Positions 17,176-26,629 are shown, counted from the stretch's first letter. The stretch: DNA of 32,000 nucleotides from Acaryochloris marina MBIC11017 (GCF_000018105.1 NC_009925.1:3390001-3422000); one strand, 5' to 3'. Numbers and translations are program-made. The notes: generated by a model not told the origin, from the letters alone.

Positions 17176-17937
17176 ATGGATCAGTATTCTGACGAAACAC
17201 GATTGTTGTGGAATCGCGTCGCGGATGACTGGGATAGACAAGTTGGTGATGATGGGGATAGCAATCGTATCCTCAATTCCGACCCCGTTCTCTGGCAGTT
17301 TGTAGGGGACGTGGCTGGTATCACTATTCTCGATGCAGGTTGCGGCACGGGGTATCTCTCCCGCAAGCTGCACGACAGGGGGGCTCACGTTCTTGGTATT
17401 GACTTTTCTGAGGAGATGATCCGGATCGCCCGCTCGAAAGCAGCTCATATTGACTTCCGCATTGACTCCATTTCGGAATTGCACACAGTGACGGATGGAT
17501 CGATTGATATTGTCATTTCGAACTACGTCCTGATGGATACCCCGGACCTTACTGAAACTGTGCAAGCCTTCTTTCGAGTACTGAAACCTGGAGGGTATGG
17601 GGTAGTCGTTTTCTCCCATCCTTGCTTCCCTCAGGAGTACGCCACAGGGACAGATAGTGACGTTGCCGTTACCTACCAGTGGAATTTTCCGTATTTCCAA
17701 CAACAGAAATGTGTTGGACCGCCTTGGGGGCACTTTACATCAGAATTTATCTGGTTTCACCGCCCCCTGTCCGATTACTGGAAAGCATTCCGTAAATCAG
17801 GGTTTGAGGTCGTTGATTTCGAAGAGCCCAGGTTATCAGAGGAGCGATACCATCTCGCGAAGAATGAGCGGCAACTGAATAACGGCAAGAACCGGCCTTA
17901 TTCGGTAGCGTTCAAGCTGAAGAAAAGAGAGCAGTAG
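17176..17937 (+). CDS. Class I SAM-dependent methyltransferase (Methyltransf_11-like)
   Basis: 253 aa. Motif I is ILDAGCGTGYLSRKL, followed by HVLGIDFSEEMI and VLKPGGYGVVVFSHP. Confidence 0.85.
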   Translation: MDQYSDETRLLWNRVADDWDRQVGDDGDSNRILNSDPVLWQFVGDVAGITILDAGCGTGYLSRKLHDRGAHVLGIDFSEEMIRIARSKAAHIDFRIDSISELHTVTDGSIDIVISNYVLMDTPDLTETVQAFFRVLKPGGYGVVVFSHPCFPQEYATGTDSDVAVTYQWNFPYFQQQKCVGPPWGHFTSEFIWFHRPLSDYWKAFRKSGFEVVDFEEPRLSEERYHLAKNERQLNNGKNRPYSVAFKLKKREQ

Positions 17938-18079
17938 AACTTGTTGCTGCAGAGGACACCTAGACGTGTTGGTCACTGAGTCCGAGCGTACTTACGAACC
18001 AGTGAATGTAATCGGGAAGTTGCCCTACTCTGTTCTACCTCCCATATCGGTTTACAAGACGTAGTCCAGACCTATCCAG

Positions 18080-18538
18080 ATGATTTTCGATCTACCGAGT
18101 CCTTTTCAAATGCGTCCTGCGGTGGGAGGTGATGTAGAAGCATTGTTTTCGATTCACCGGTCCGCCATGCATGAGTATGTTGACCGAATTTGGGGATGGG
18201 ATGATGATTGGCAGCAAAACCAATTCTTCAAAGACTTTAATCTGCTGAATCATTGTCTTGCTATTTGCAAAGTGGATGAGCCTGTTGGATTCGTGTGTTT
18301 TCAATCTGGTCCTGATGCAATATTGATTAGGACGATTGAACTCGCTAAAGATTATCAGGGGCGTGGAATTGCCAATGCATTATTTGAACAACTGATTGAC
18401 GTTTCTGAGGACAGTGGTAAGTCAATTCAACTACAAGTATTTAAAATAAACGACCGAGCACGTTGCCTCTACGAGCGTCTGGGGTTTGTTGTCATAGGAC
18501 AAACTGAATATCATTATCAAATGGAGTTTAGGGCTTAA
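18080..18538 (+). CDS. GNAT-family N-acetyltransferase
   Basis: 152 aa. The acetyl-CoA binding motif is YQGRGIANALFEQLI, and the C-terminus has RARCLYERLGF. Confidence 0.85.
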   Translation: MIFDLPSPFQMRPAVGGDVEALFSIHRSAMHEYVDRIWGWDDDWQQNQFFKDFNLLNHCLAICKVDEPVGFVCFQSGPDAILIRTIELAKDYQGRGIANALFEQLIDVSEDSGKSIQLQVFKINDRARCLYERLGFVVIGQTEYHYQMEFRA

Positions 18539-18734
18539 ACACATTGACTGAAATCTCAGCTGTCAATGTATTCAATATTTTGGTGAACCAAAATAGGACA
18601 ATGCCCTATCAGCTTCTGAAGTTAACCATTCTAGGAATACGTACATATCAACCTTCAGGGATAAATCGCTATATTTAAATGATAATATCTCTCAATAAGA
18701 TGAGATAACAGTTTTCATAAAGACCTCACGAACT

Positions 18735-19478
18735 ATGACACAACCAAACCAAGCCATCAAGCTAGTGATGGCCCTTGGACTCACCGCTACGTTGGCAGCC
18801 TGTGGCGGAGAAACTGCAACAAATGGAGATCAAAGTCCTACCGCTGAAAGTTCACCGACGACCGAATCCCCGGAAGGAGGGGAAGAGGGCAAAGAGTATA
18901 GTGAAGGCGAAAAAGCGAATGCAGAGTTTAAGGATAAATTGAGCGGTCCTGAACTCTTGAGTGCGTTGCAAAAGGGTGGACATGTGATTTACTTCCGCCA
19001 TGCCCAAACTGAAAAAGACTATGCTGACCAAGCAGATCCAAAGATGAAGCTGGATGACTGTGAGACTCAACGGAAGCTCAATGACTTGGGAATTCAACAG
19101 TCCAAAGATATTGGAGCTGCGTTTACTGAGAAAAAGATTCCAGTGGATAAAGTGATTACGAGTGAGTACTGCCGAGCTTGGAAAACAGCAGATCTAGCGT
19201 TTGGACGACATGAGAAGAATCCTAAACTGAACTTCTTGCCCTTTGAAGACTATACGGATGAGCAAGTTGAAGAAATGAAGGCCAATGTGACGCCTTTGCT
19301 GACTGCTGCGCCAGAGGATGGCAAAAATACTGTGATTGTCGGCCATGATGATCTCTTTGAGGCTGCGACGGGTATTTATCCTGATCCTCAAGGAATTGCT
19401 TATGTACTGACACCAGATGGGAGTGGTGGTTTTACACTACAGGCCAATGTGTTACCTGATGAGTGGGCAAAACTCTAA
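18735..19478 (+). CDS. Histidine phosphatase (phosphoglycerate-mutase-like) superfamily lipoprotein
   Basis: 247 aa. It has a lipobox (LTATLAAC) and a Ser/Pro/Glu/Gly low-complexity linker. VIYFRHAQTE is an RH(G/A) catalytic motif, and VIVGHDD supplies a second His. A/T-rich gataatatctctcaataagatgagataac lies upstream at 18681-18709. Confidence 0.75.
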   Translation: MTQPNQAIKLVMALGLTATLAACGGETATNGDQSPTAESSPTTESPEGGEEGKEYSEGEKANAEFKDKLSGPELLSALQKGGHVIYFRHAQTEKDYADQADPKMKLDDCETQRKLNDLGIQQSKDIGAAFTEKKIPVDKVITSEYCRAWKTADLAFGRHEKNPKLNFLPFEDYTDEQVEEMKANVTPLLTAAPEDGKNTVIVGHDDLFEAATGIYPDPQGIAYVLTPDGSGGFTLQANVLPDEWAKL

Positions 19479-19487
19479 ATAACGATG

Positions 19488-19521
19488 GAGACCACCGTCA
19501 TTGCTAACAACGGTGGTTCTC
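19488..19521 (+). terminator. Possible terminator hairpin after the phosphatase gene
   Basis: accaccgt (19491-19498) pairs with acggtggt (19510-19517). The stem extends to 11 bp with one bulged T. No clear U-tract follows. Confidence 0.35.
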
Positions 19522-19663
19522 TATGTACTGGAATTGCGATCGCACACATGTCTCCCTGTCCATAAATCTTAGTCTTGGACGCCCTCGGCTTTACAAGCCA
19601 GTCATTCTTCGAATAGAGAATCACATCCAGTTTGGTGGCGCATAAAGCAGACATAATAGTTTA

Positions 19664-19686
19664 GATAACTGAGAATAATTTCAAAT
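19664..19686. promoter_or_regulatory. Fur-box-like site upstream of the second AraC gene
   Basis: The sequence is gataactgagaataatttcaaat (core TGAGAATAAT), 37-59 nt upstream of the ATG at 19723. Confidence 0.35.
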
Positions 19687-19722
19687 ACTATAGGTTCATT
19701 CCTGAAACCAATCACTGACGCT

Positions 19723-20748
19723 ATGCGAACCACCATCAGGGAAACAGAGCTACAAACTCTATTTGCAGAAGCTCAACAGAACGGTGAATCCATCTTTCAA
19801 CACAAAGGTTCCGATCTGCTGATCTGCCCGCCGAGTCAGGTCGGTAGTGGGCAGCATCATCTCATTACCCTACGAGATGGAATCGTATTAAAAATTGCAG
19901 ATGGGCGTTTTCACCAAACCACAACCATCGAAAGCCACAGAGGCCCTGACGAACCCCTAGTCTCTAAATTTTGTTTATCCAGTCGCTTTCAGGTACAGAC
20001 GCCTCGTGTCAGTGGTATTCCAGAAGACTATACAGAATCAGCAGGGCATCACTACTTGTTTTCCTTGTCTGATGTAGTCGAATTTGAAACCTTCCAGGGT
20101 GAAGAGCGATTTCAGGTTGTGGCGTTTGAGTGGAGCCAGGACTACGTAAGGTCTTTTATCTCTGCTGCCGATGGCCTACCCCAGCCGTTGCAGAAGCTGT
20201 CTGACCATCAGACCCTGAAGCGATTCCACCAGCCTCTGGGAAAAATGACTCCTGCAATGGCCCAGATTATTCAGCAGGTTTTGGGCTGTCCTTACCAAGG
20301 GATGGTCAAGAAGATGTATTTAGAAAGTAAGGCACTAGAACTTCTGACATTGCAGTTAACAGCTTGGAGTGAAAACCAGCACCAAACTAAGATCAGCCAG
20401 CTGCTACCCGATGATCTAGAGCGAATTCAGCAAGCCTCTCATGTGCTCAATCAGAACCTCAATGCACCCCCTTCCCTGATGGGCTTGGCACGGCAAGTGG
20501 GGCTTAATGACTACAAACTCAAACTGGGGTTTCGGCAAATGTTTGGCACCACTGTGTTTGGCTATTCACAAGCTAAACGGCTGCAGTATGCTCGGCAGTT
20601 GCTGGCAGCTCAGGATCTGAGCATTCCGGGAGTCGCTCAATCTGTGGGATATGCCAGCCCTACGTCTTTCACAGCAGCCTTCAAACGACGATTTGGCCTG
20701 AGTCCCAAAGCCTATCAAATGGCCTGCCGGGGAAAAAATCCTGTTTGA
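19723..20748 (+). CDS. AraC-family transcriptional regulator (PchR-like)
   Basis: 341 aa. The C-terminal double HTH is SLMGLARQVGLNDYKLKLGFRQMFGTTVFGYSQAKRLQYARQLL...IPGVAQSVGYASPTSFTAAFKRRFGLSPKAY. It is clearly paralogous to 3995-4984 and is followed by a TBDT. Confidence 0.9.
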   Translation: MRTTIRETELQTLFAEAQQNGESIFQHKGSDLLICPPSQVGSGQHHLITLRDGIVLKIADGRFHQTTTIESHRGPDEPLVSKFCLSSRFQVQTPRVSGIPEDYTESAGHHYLFSLSDVVEFETFQGEERFQVVAFEWSQDYVRSFISAADGLPQPLQKLSDHQTLKRFHQPLGKMTPAMAQIIQQVLGCPYQGMVKKMYLESKALELLTLQLTAWSENQHQTKISQLLPDDLERIQQASHVLNQNLNAPPSLMGLARQVGLNDYKLKLGFRQMFGTTVFGYSQAKRLQYARQLLAAQDLSIPGVAQSVGYASPTSFTAAFKRRFGLSPKAYQMACRGKNPV

Positions 20749-20778
20749 AGAGAAAACAATCCTGTTTGAAGAGAAAAA
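20737..20778 (+). repeat. Tandem 21-bp direct duplication spanning the AraC stop codon
   Basis: aatcctgtttgaagagaaaa occurs at 20737-20756 and again at 20758-20777, one base apart. The first copy contains the codons AAT CCT GTT TGA, including the stop at 20746-20748. Confidence 0.9.
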
Positions 20779-20805
20779 GCTGATGCTTCCCTCCTATCAT
20801 GCCTT

Positions 20806-20841
20806 CAGAATAATTTATTGAGATTCATTCTTGATAAATTC
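20806..20841. promoter_or_regulatory. Fur-box-like site upstream of the second TBDT
   Basis: The sequence is cagaataatttattgagattcattcttgataaattc (ATTGAGATT core, with TGATAA), 30-65 nt upstream of the ATG at 20871. Confidence 0.4.
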
Positions 20842-20870
20842 TGGCGGAAATGATGGTGTGAGGGTGTTCA

Positions 20871-23420
20871 ATGCATAGCATTAGATATCAAGCCGTTCTG
20901 ATTAGCAGCAGTGTGGCTGTACTGTTGATCGGGCCATCTGCTGGGGCTAAGCCTCCATCAGAACTAGCAGAAAGGATAGACAGGGAAGGGGCAGTTTCTA
21001 CTTTGCACCCCCAACTCAGGACCACCGTTAAAGACTGGTTGGCTCAGGCCCTTGCTCAAATTACCGATATCCAGATTAACCCGACTGAATCAGGTATAGA
21101 GCTTTTTTTAGAAGCGACCAATGCAGAATTAGCCCAGGTTTCAACCCAGCGGACTGAAAACGCACTGATTCTAGAAATTCAAAATGCTCAGCTCGTGACG
21201 GGACAAGACATCAGACGAGAGAATCCTGCGGAGGGCATCGAAAGTATCTCTCTTCAAGCCCTCACTCAAGATAGCGTCCAACTGGTTATTGTCACTACTG
21301 CGGAATCAGCCCAGATTTCCACCAGTCCCAATCGCTTGACTGTGGCTGTCAATACCATGGCCCAAACAGCTTCACCAGAGCCAACTTTAAAACAAGAGGC
21401 AGATACCGAGACTGATGAGGCAGAAATTGCGGAAGACGATGAACTAGAAATTGTGGTCACTGCAGAGAAAACCCCTGAGAATGCCCAGGATGTGCCCTTG
21501 AGCCTCACCGTATTGACAGAGCAAAATATTGAAGACGCAGATATTACGACCCTAGATGGTGTAGCCGATCGAACGCCGAACTTTACCTTTTTTCCTGCCG
21601 GTTCAAATCGAACCAGTGCGTTTTATAGTGTGCGGGGCGTCACCAACTTCAATGCGTTTAGTCGTGATGCCGTCGGATTCTTTATTGATGATGTGCCCTA
21701 TGATTTCGCCGGATTTATCGATCAAGATTTGATTGATTTAGAGCGAGTCGAAGTTCTACGGGGTCCGCAAAATACCTTGTACGGCAGAAGTTCTGCTGGC
21801 GGTGTAGTGAATATCATTAGCCGTAGACCGACCAATGATTTTGAATTTAAAGGTGCAGCTAGCTATGGTAACTTTGACGCCTTCAAAACTCAGGTTAGCG
21901 TTAGCGGTCCGATCGTAGAAAATCGGCTGCTCTTCCGCTTATCAGGGAGCTTTAGTACCCAAGATGGATTTGTCACCAATACTTTACTCAATGATGATGT
22001 GGATGGTGGGACCTACTGGACGGGGCGAGGGCAACTTTTATGGACCCCCACGGATGAGTGGGAAATTTTACTGAATGCCTCCGTCGCTGACTATCGCGAA
22101 GGGGCCGATCCATTTGTACTCGTCAAGGCGGACGATCCGTTTAATACTCAACTGAGCTTTAACGGCTTTAACGATTTGGTCACTAATGCCCAATCCCTCC
22201 GAATTGCCTACAATACCTCAGATATTCGCGTCACATCCATCACCGCCCATCGCTTCTCAAGTCAGAAGGCAGCCTTTGACCAGGACGGCAGCGTTGCTAA
22301 TATTCTGATTAATGCCCCCGATTTTTCGTCGCGAGTCATTTCCCAAGAAATTCGGGTCCAGTCCCCAGAAGAAAGCGACCGTTTCCAGTGGATTTTAGGG
22401 GGCTACTTCGAACGGTCTACCTTTGATAATCAGCGTGATTTTATCTCTGGTACTGATGTGCCTCCAGCAAACCAGGGTACCCTGCGCTCAGACGGAGATA
22501 GTGTCAGCAGAAGTTTAGCGGCATTTGGGCAGGCGAGCTATAACGTCTCAGACAAGCTGACCCTGACCGCTGGCCTGCGCTATGAAGACACCCTAGCGTC
22601 CATCGATTACACTCAAACCTTTATCTCGCCGGATGGCGCATTTGTTTTACCCGTTCTGCAACTGAACAATATTGAGATTAGTGGATCTGAACTGTTGCCC
22701 CGGTTTGCGGTTGATTATCGTTTTACGCCGAATCTAACGGCTTATGGCAGTATCACCCGAGGCTATCGTCCGCCAGGTGCAAGTTTTGAACCCAATGATG
22801 AATCGACTGCAGTATTTGAAGCGGAAACATCCTGGAACTATGAAGTCGGTCTGAAAACATCCTGGTTAGAAAATCGGTTAATTCTAAATGTCAGCGGATT
22901 TTATAACGATACATCTAACTTTCAGTTTCCCAGCATTCAAAATGGAGTGGCGCTAGTTGACAATGCCGATATTCGCTCCATTGGCGGGGAACTGGAGTTA
23001 ATTGCTCGACCCATAGAAGGTTTAGAACTGAGTGCTGGCTTAGGACTACTCAACTCAGAGTTTCGCAATGGAGCGGATGCATTTACAGGAACGGCTTTAC
23101 AAGGCAATCGCACTCCCCTGACACCGAATCTGACTTATAATATCGCTGCTCAATACCGTAGCGAAATTGGCATTCTCAGCCGATTAGAGCTGATTGGGGT
23201 CGGCAGCACCTTTTTTGATGAACTGAATAGTATTGAGCAAGAACCCTTTGTTTTAGTGAATGTTCGCCTTGGCTATGAGTCTGATAACTATGGAATTTAT
23301 CTATTTGCAAATAACCTCTTTGACACCCAATACCTGACTCAATCCTTTGACTTTGGCAATAGGATTGGTATCTTTGGTGCTCCCAGAACAATAGGGGTAC
23401 AAGTCAGAGCTAATTTTTAG
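20871..23420 (+). CDS. TonB-dependent outer-membrane receptor with an N-terminal AMIN-like domain
   Basis: 849 aa with a signal peptide. The AMIN-like segment is ITDIQINPTESGIELFLEA...VQLVIVTT, followed by an acidic linker and a TonB box (DDELEIVVTAEKT). The plug motif is ERVEVLRGPQNTLYGRSSAGGVVNIISR. The C-terminus is ..GVQVRANF. Confidence 0.9.
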   Translation: MHSIRYQAVLISSSVAVLLIGPSAGAKPPSELAERIDREGAVSTLHPQLRTTVKDWLAQALAQITDIQINPTESGIELFLEATNAELAQVSTQRTENALILEIQNAQLVTGQDIRRENPAEGIESISLQALTQDSVQLVIVTTAESAQISTSPNRLTVAVNTMAQTASPEPTLKQEADTETDEAEIAEDDELEIVVTAEKTPENAQDVPLSLTVLTEQNIEDADITTLDGVADRTPNFTFFPAGSNRTSAFYSVRGVTNFNAFSRDAVGFFIDDVPYDFAGFIDQDLIDLERVEVLRGPQNTLYGRSSAGGVVNIISRRPTNDFEFKGAASYGNFDAFKTQVSVSGPIVENRLLFRLSGSFSTQDGFVTNTLLNDDVDGGTYWTGRGQLLWTPTDEWEILLNASVADYREGADPFVLVKADDPFNTQLSFNGFNDLVTNAQSLRIAYNTSDIRVTSITAHRFSSQKAAFDQDGSVANILINAPDFSSRVISQEIRVQSPEESDRFQWILGGYFERSTFDNQRDFISGTDVPPANQGTLRSDGDSVSRSLAAFGQASYNVSDKLTLTAGLRYEDTLASIDYTQTFISPDGAFVLPVLQLNNIEISGSELLPRFAVDYRFTPNLTAYGSITRGYRPPGASFEPNDESTAVFEAETSWNYEVGLKTSWLENRLILNVSGFYNDTSNFQFPSIQNGVALVDNADIRSIGGELELIARPIEGLELSAGLGLLNSEFRNGADAFTGTALQGNRTPLTPNLTYNIAAQYRSEIGILSRLELIGVGSTFFDELNSIEQEPFVLVNVRLGYESDNYGIYLFANNLFDTQYLTQSFDFGNRIGIFGAPRTIGVQVRANF

Positions 23421-23565
23421 AGCCTATTGTGTCAGGAAGACTCTAGAGACGAAGCCGATAGTTCGTCAGTTTCCCTCTAACGCACTCTCAGTCCTGCTTA
23501 GACAATAGAGAAAGCCAGGCTATCAATTGATTGCAGCCCCAGTTAATTCGTTGGAGACACAGTTT

Positions 23566-24120
23566 ATGAAGCTCAAACAATGGTTCGCTACATGGTCTCG
23601 CAAAATCCATCGCTGGATTGGTCTATATTTCGCCGTGATTGTTGTTCTTTACCTGGTTGAATCTTTGACATTGCCAGCCATTTATGGAGAAGGCTTACCA
23701 ACGGTTGATGGCACCCCTCCGACTAATGCCGTGACTAGTACGGAACCGCTCCTCTCGCAACAACAAGCGATTCAGCGATTACTAGAGCAACAGCCTCAAG
23801 GCATTCATGCTTTAGAAGATATCAACGAAATCACCTACCTACCGAAGGAAGATCTCTATCGATTGGCCAATAGCGATCGCTTTTTTGAGTGGTATATCGA
23901 TAGTCATACGGGAGAATTGCTCAAGCATGGTTTTAAAATCGCTCCCTATCTGGAAGAGCAAACCCTACTCGGTTGGTGGAGTCCTTGGGCTCATGCCATT
24001 TTGGAAGTGCCAGGGCTGTTGTTGATGATCGTGTTAGCGGTGAGTGGCGTGTATATGTTTATTCTCCCTTTTTTGCCTAAAACGGAACCGGATTCGAGTC
24101 CCTGGGTATTACCAAAGTAG
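23566..24120 (+). CDS. PepSY-domain membrane protein (short PiuB/FoxB-like)
   Basis: I start it at ATG 23566, preceded by GGAG (23553-23556). SRKIHRWIGLYFAVIVVLYL is a PepSY-associated TM helix motif. A central PepSY-like segment (ITYLPKEDLYRLANSDRFFEWYIDSHTGELL) and a C-terminal TM helix follow. It sits directly after a TBDT, as is usual for this family. Confidence 0.7.
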   Translation: MKLKQWFATWSRKIHRWIGLYFAVIVVLYLVESLTLPAIYGEGLPTVDGTPPTNAVTSTEPLLSQQQAIQRLLEQQPQGIHALEDINEITYLPKEDLYRLANSDRFFEWYIDSHTGELLKHGFKIAPYLEEQTLLGWWSPWAHAILEVPGLLLMIVLAVSGVYMFILPFLPKTEPDSSPWVLPK

Positions 24121-24217
24121 CGGTATCAGACAGGGAGAGCTACAGGAAATTTACAAGAAGAGCCTCCATACCTGGGTATTCGGGTTTTCAACTGCAATCT
24201 CCATTGATCAACATCTT

Positions 24218-24904
24218 ATGAGACATCAGAACAACGTTCTGAGGGACCCAAAAGTTGAAGCGGTCCTAGAACGCCTGCACCATACTGCTGATCGACAAGC
24301 CTTGAAGCTTTTTCTGCATTATCTGCCTCAGCTTCCCAGACTATTCTTGGGCCAAGGCATTCACTGGAATCCTGATCGGACCCATTTTTATCGCGATAAA
24401 TACATTCCGATAGAGCGGGAGCAAGGCCAGTTACTCTATTTATTAGCTCGGGCTATCAATGCCCAAACCATTGTGGAATTTGGTAGTTCCTATGGGGTTT
24501 CAACCCTCTATTTAGCCACAGCCATTCGGGATAATGGTCAGGGTAAAGTGATTGGCACCGAAATCGTTCCAGAAAAAGTGATTCAAGCCCGACAACATAT
24601 TGTCGAGGCTGGTCTAACGGAGTTTGTGGATTTGCGGGAAGGGGATGCCTTGAAAACCTTACAGGATATCGACGGCTCCATAGATTTGGTGTTGATGGAT
24701 GGGTATCCACATTTGGCCTTGGATATTTTAAGGTTGCTGCACCCTCAGATTCGTCAGGGTGGCCTGGTTATTTCAGACAATGTAGGTACGTTCAAAACAG
24801 CTTTAAATTCCTACGTCGAGTTTTTACGGACTCCTAGTCATGGCTATCGTTCGGCAACATTGCCGTTAAAGGGAGGGACTGAGTTGTCGATCAAGGCTGG
24901 CTAG
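24218..24904 (+). CDS. Class I SAM-dependent O-methyltransferase (family 3 / YrrM-MdmC-like)
   Basis: I start it at ATG 24218. The track's GTG at 24044 would overlap the PepSY gene. Motifs are IVEFGSSYGVSTLYLATAI (SAM motif I), GKVIGTEI and IDLVLMDG. Confidence 0.8.
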   Translation: MRHQNNVLRDPKVEAVLERLHHTADRQALKLFLHYLPQLPRLFLGQGIHWNPDRTHFYRDKYIPIEREQGQLLYLLARAINAQTIVEFGSSYGVSTLYLATAIRDNGQGKVIGTEIVPEKVIQARQHIVEAGLTEFVDLREGDALKTLQDIDGSIDLVLMDGYPHLALDILRLLHPQIRQGGLVISDNVGTFKTALNSYVEFLRTPSHGYRSATLPLKGGTELSIKAG

Positions 24905-25237
24905 ATATATCTGAAAAAGCGCTATTTTGCTGGAGATAGGTTGTGGTCAGCTTTACTGACTCATGATTTGGAATCTTATGACCCTAGAGGAAACAAGCAA
25001 GTTCAAGTCGAGGCTTGCCTTGGATATATCACGGCATATGAAATCTGCCAAAACAGCCTTTTCTAGCATTATGAGGTTTAGTCATTTTTCTGTTTTGATA
25101 AATCTTAATTATTTAGCTTTACTGAATGAGAAAAAGAAGGTTTGGTATTTTAAGAATAAATCTTTTGCCATAAACTATTGATAGTTTGACTAAATAATAT
25201 GCTGTAAAGCTAAAAGAGCGAGAATTGAGATAAAAGT

Positions 25238-26629
25238 ATGGTAAATTCTCCATCTGAAAAGCCTCTATCCTCTGAAAAGAACAGGACAGCAGTAGTGGTG
25301 GGAGGTGGGCCGACCGGAACGCTGATAGCTTTGTATCTAGCCCAGGCAGGATGGCATGTATCTGTCTATGAGCAGAGAAGTGCAGATGCTAAAGCGTCTA
25401 GTAATCGTCGTTCATTCAATATTGTGCTTAACAGGCGTGGACTTAAAGCTTTGGAAGACGCTGGTGTTCAGCTGCCGCCAGATAAGCAAGTATGTATCAC
25501 AGGTAATATTCGGCATACCGAGAAAGATTCAATTTTGAGAAAAGGATTTAGAACTTCGGTTTCAGTTGATAGGCATACCCTGGCTCAGTCATTAATTGCG
25601 GAAGGGAAAAATCGCTTTCCTGACAACATTCAATATTATTTTGAGCAAACTTTATTGCAGCTCAATCTTCACGATAAGACTGCGTTGTTCCAGGAAGCAT
25701 CAGGGCAACATGAACAGACATTTGATTTATTGATAGGAGCAGATGGGATCTCTAGTACTGTCAGGTATTCCATGAGTTCTCAACTCGAAGGATTTACAGT
25801 CCGACAGCATGCTGACGATATGATGTACAAAATCTGTAACTTAGGATTAGCTGAGCATTTGCCTGGTGCAACGGCAGAATGGGCAGATGCTTTTCACGTA
25901 TGGCCTGGTGCTGAACCTGTGACGATGGCTGCCCCACCGAGTGCTGATGGCGTCATCAGAGCCGTATTGATTTTGCCACAAGAAGGAGAGATTACTTTCG
26001 ACACAATCCGAACCGAAGCAGATGTATCTGCTTTGTTTAAAGCAAAGCTTCCGGTTGTGTTTCCTAATTTAGATCAAACGGGTTTCCCCTCTCACTTCGT
26101 CCAGGATTTGCTATCACAGAAAGCCGCACATGGAGGGTTTACTACTATGTGTAATCGGTTTGAAGATGGGGATTGCGTTGTGCTGTTGGGAGATGCAGCC
26201 CACTCAATTTGGCCATCTTTGGGGCAAGGGTGTAACGTAGCTCTTGAGAGTTGTCGCATTTTTGCTGAGGTGCTGGCACATGCACAAGGAGACTTATCTT
26301 TGGCTTTACCCGCTTACACGGCAGCTCGTAAACCAGATACAGATGCAGTGGCGAGGCTCTCTGAAATTGGTTTTGGCGGCAATAAACGAGCATCGAATCC
26401 CCTATTTAAGGCTAAAGTCTCGACACTCATACTGATGCATAAGCTATTGCCAAAGTGGTTTAAGGGATATGCGCTGTTACAGATTGGGAATGCTGATGTC
26501 CCTTATGCCAACATTTGGCAGCAAGCTCAGTCCCAAGAAAAACAATTACTGGGTTTATTCGCCATTGTTGTGGGTATTGTTCCTATGCTCTGGATAACGT
26601 TTCAGATTATCCACAAGGTCTGGCTTTGA
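25238..26629 (+). CDS. FAD-dependent aromatic monooxygenase, kynurenine 3-monooxygenase-like, with a C-terminal membrane anchor
   Basis: 463 aa. VVVGGGPTGTLIALYLAQAGWHVSVYEQR is a GxGxxG dinucleotide fold. RSFNIVLNRRGLKALEDAG, DLLIGADGISSTVR and LLGDAAHSIWPSLGQGCNVALES resemble KMO signatures as I recall them. The C-terminal helix LLGLFAIVVGIVPMLWITFQII is hydrophobic. Confidence 0.8.
   Translation: MVNSPSEKPLSSEKNRTAVVVGGGPTGTLIALYLAQAGWHVSVYEQRSADAKASSNRRSFNIVLNRRGLKALEDAGVQLPPDKQVCITGNIRHTEKDSILRKGFRTSVSVDRHTLAQSLIAEGKNRFPDNIQYYFEQTLLQLNLHDKTALFQEASGQHEQTFDLLIGADGISSTVRYSMSSQLEGFTVRQHADDMMYKICNLGLAEHLPGATAEWADAFHVWPGAEPVTMAAPPSADGVIRAVLILPQEGEITFDTIRTEADVSALFKAKLPVVFPNLDQTGFPSHFVQDLLSQKAAHGGFTTMCNRFEDGDCVVLLGDAAHSIWPSLGQGCNVALESCRIFAEVLAHAQGDLSLALPAYTAARKPDTDAVARLSEIGFGGNKRASNPLFKAKVSTLILMHKLLPKWFKGYALLQIGNADVPYANIWQQAQSQEKQLLGLFAIVVGIVPMLWITFQIIHKVWL

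Noticed and set aside
17059-17733. 224-aa minus-strand ORF
   Set aside because: It lies antisense to, and almost entirely inside, the well-supported methyltransferase gene 17176-17937. It has no recognisable motifs, so it is a shadow ORF.
24044-24217. N-terminal extension of the O-methyltransferase ORF (GTG 24044)
   Set aside because: It would overlap the PepSY gene by 77 nt and would add a Cys-rich hydrophobic leader atypical of cytoplasmic methyltransferases. The ATG at 24218 fits the family N-terminus.
24963-25181. 72-aa ORF in the spacer before the monooxygenase gene
   Set aside because: The DNA is very A/T-rich and the translation is Lys/Phe/Asn/Leu-rich. With no SD, it is probably non-coding promoter DNA.
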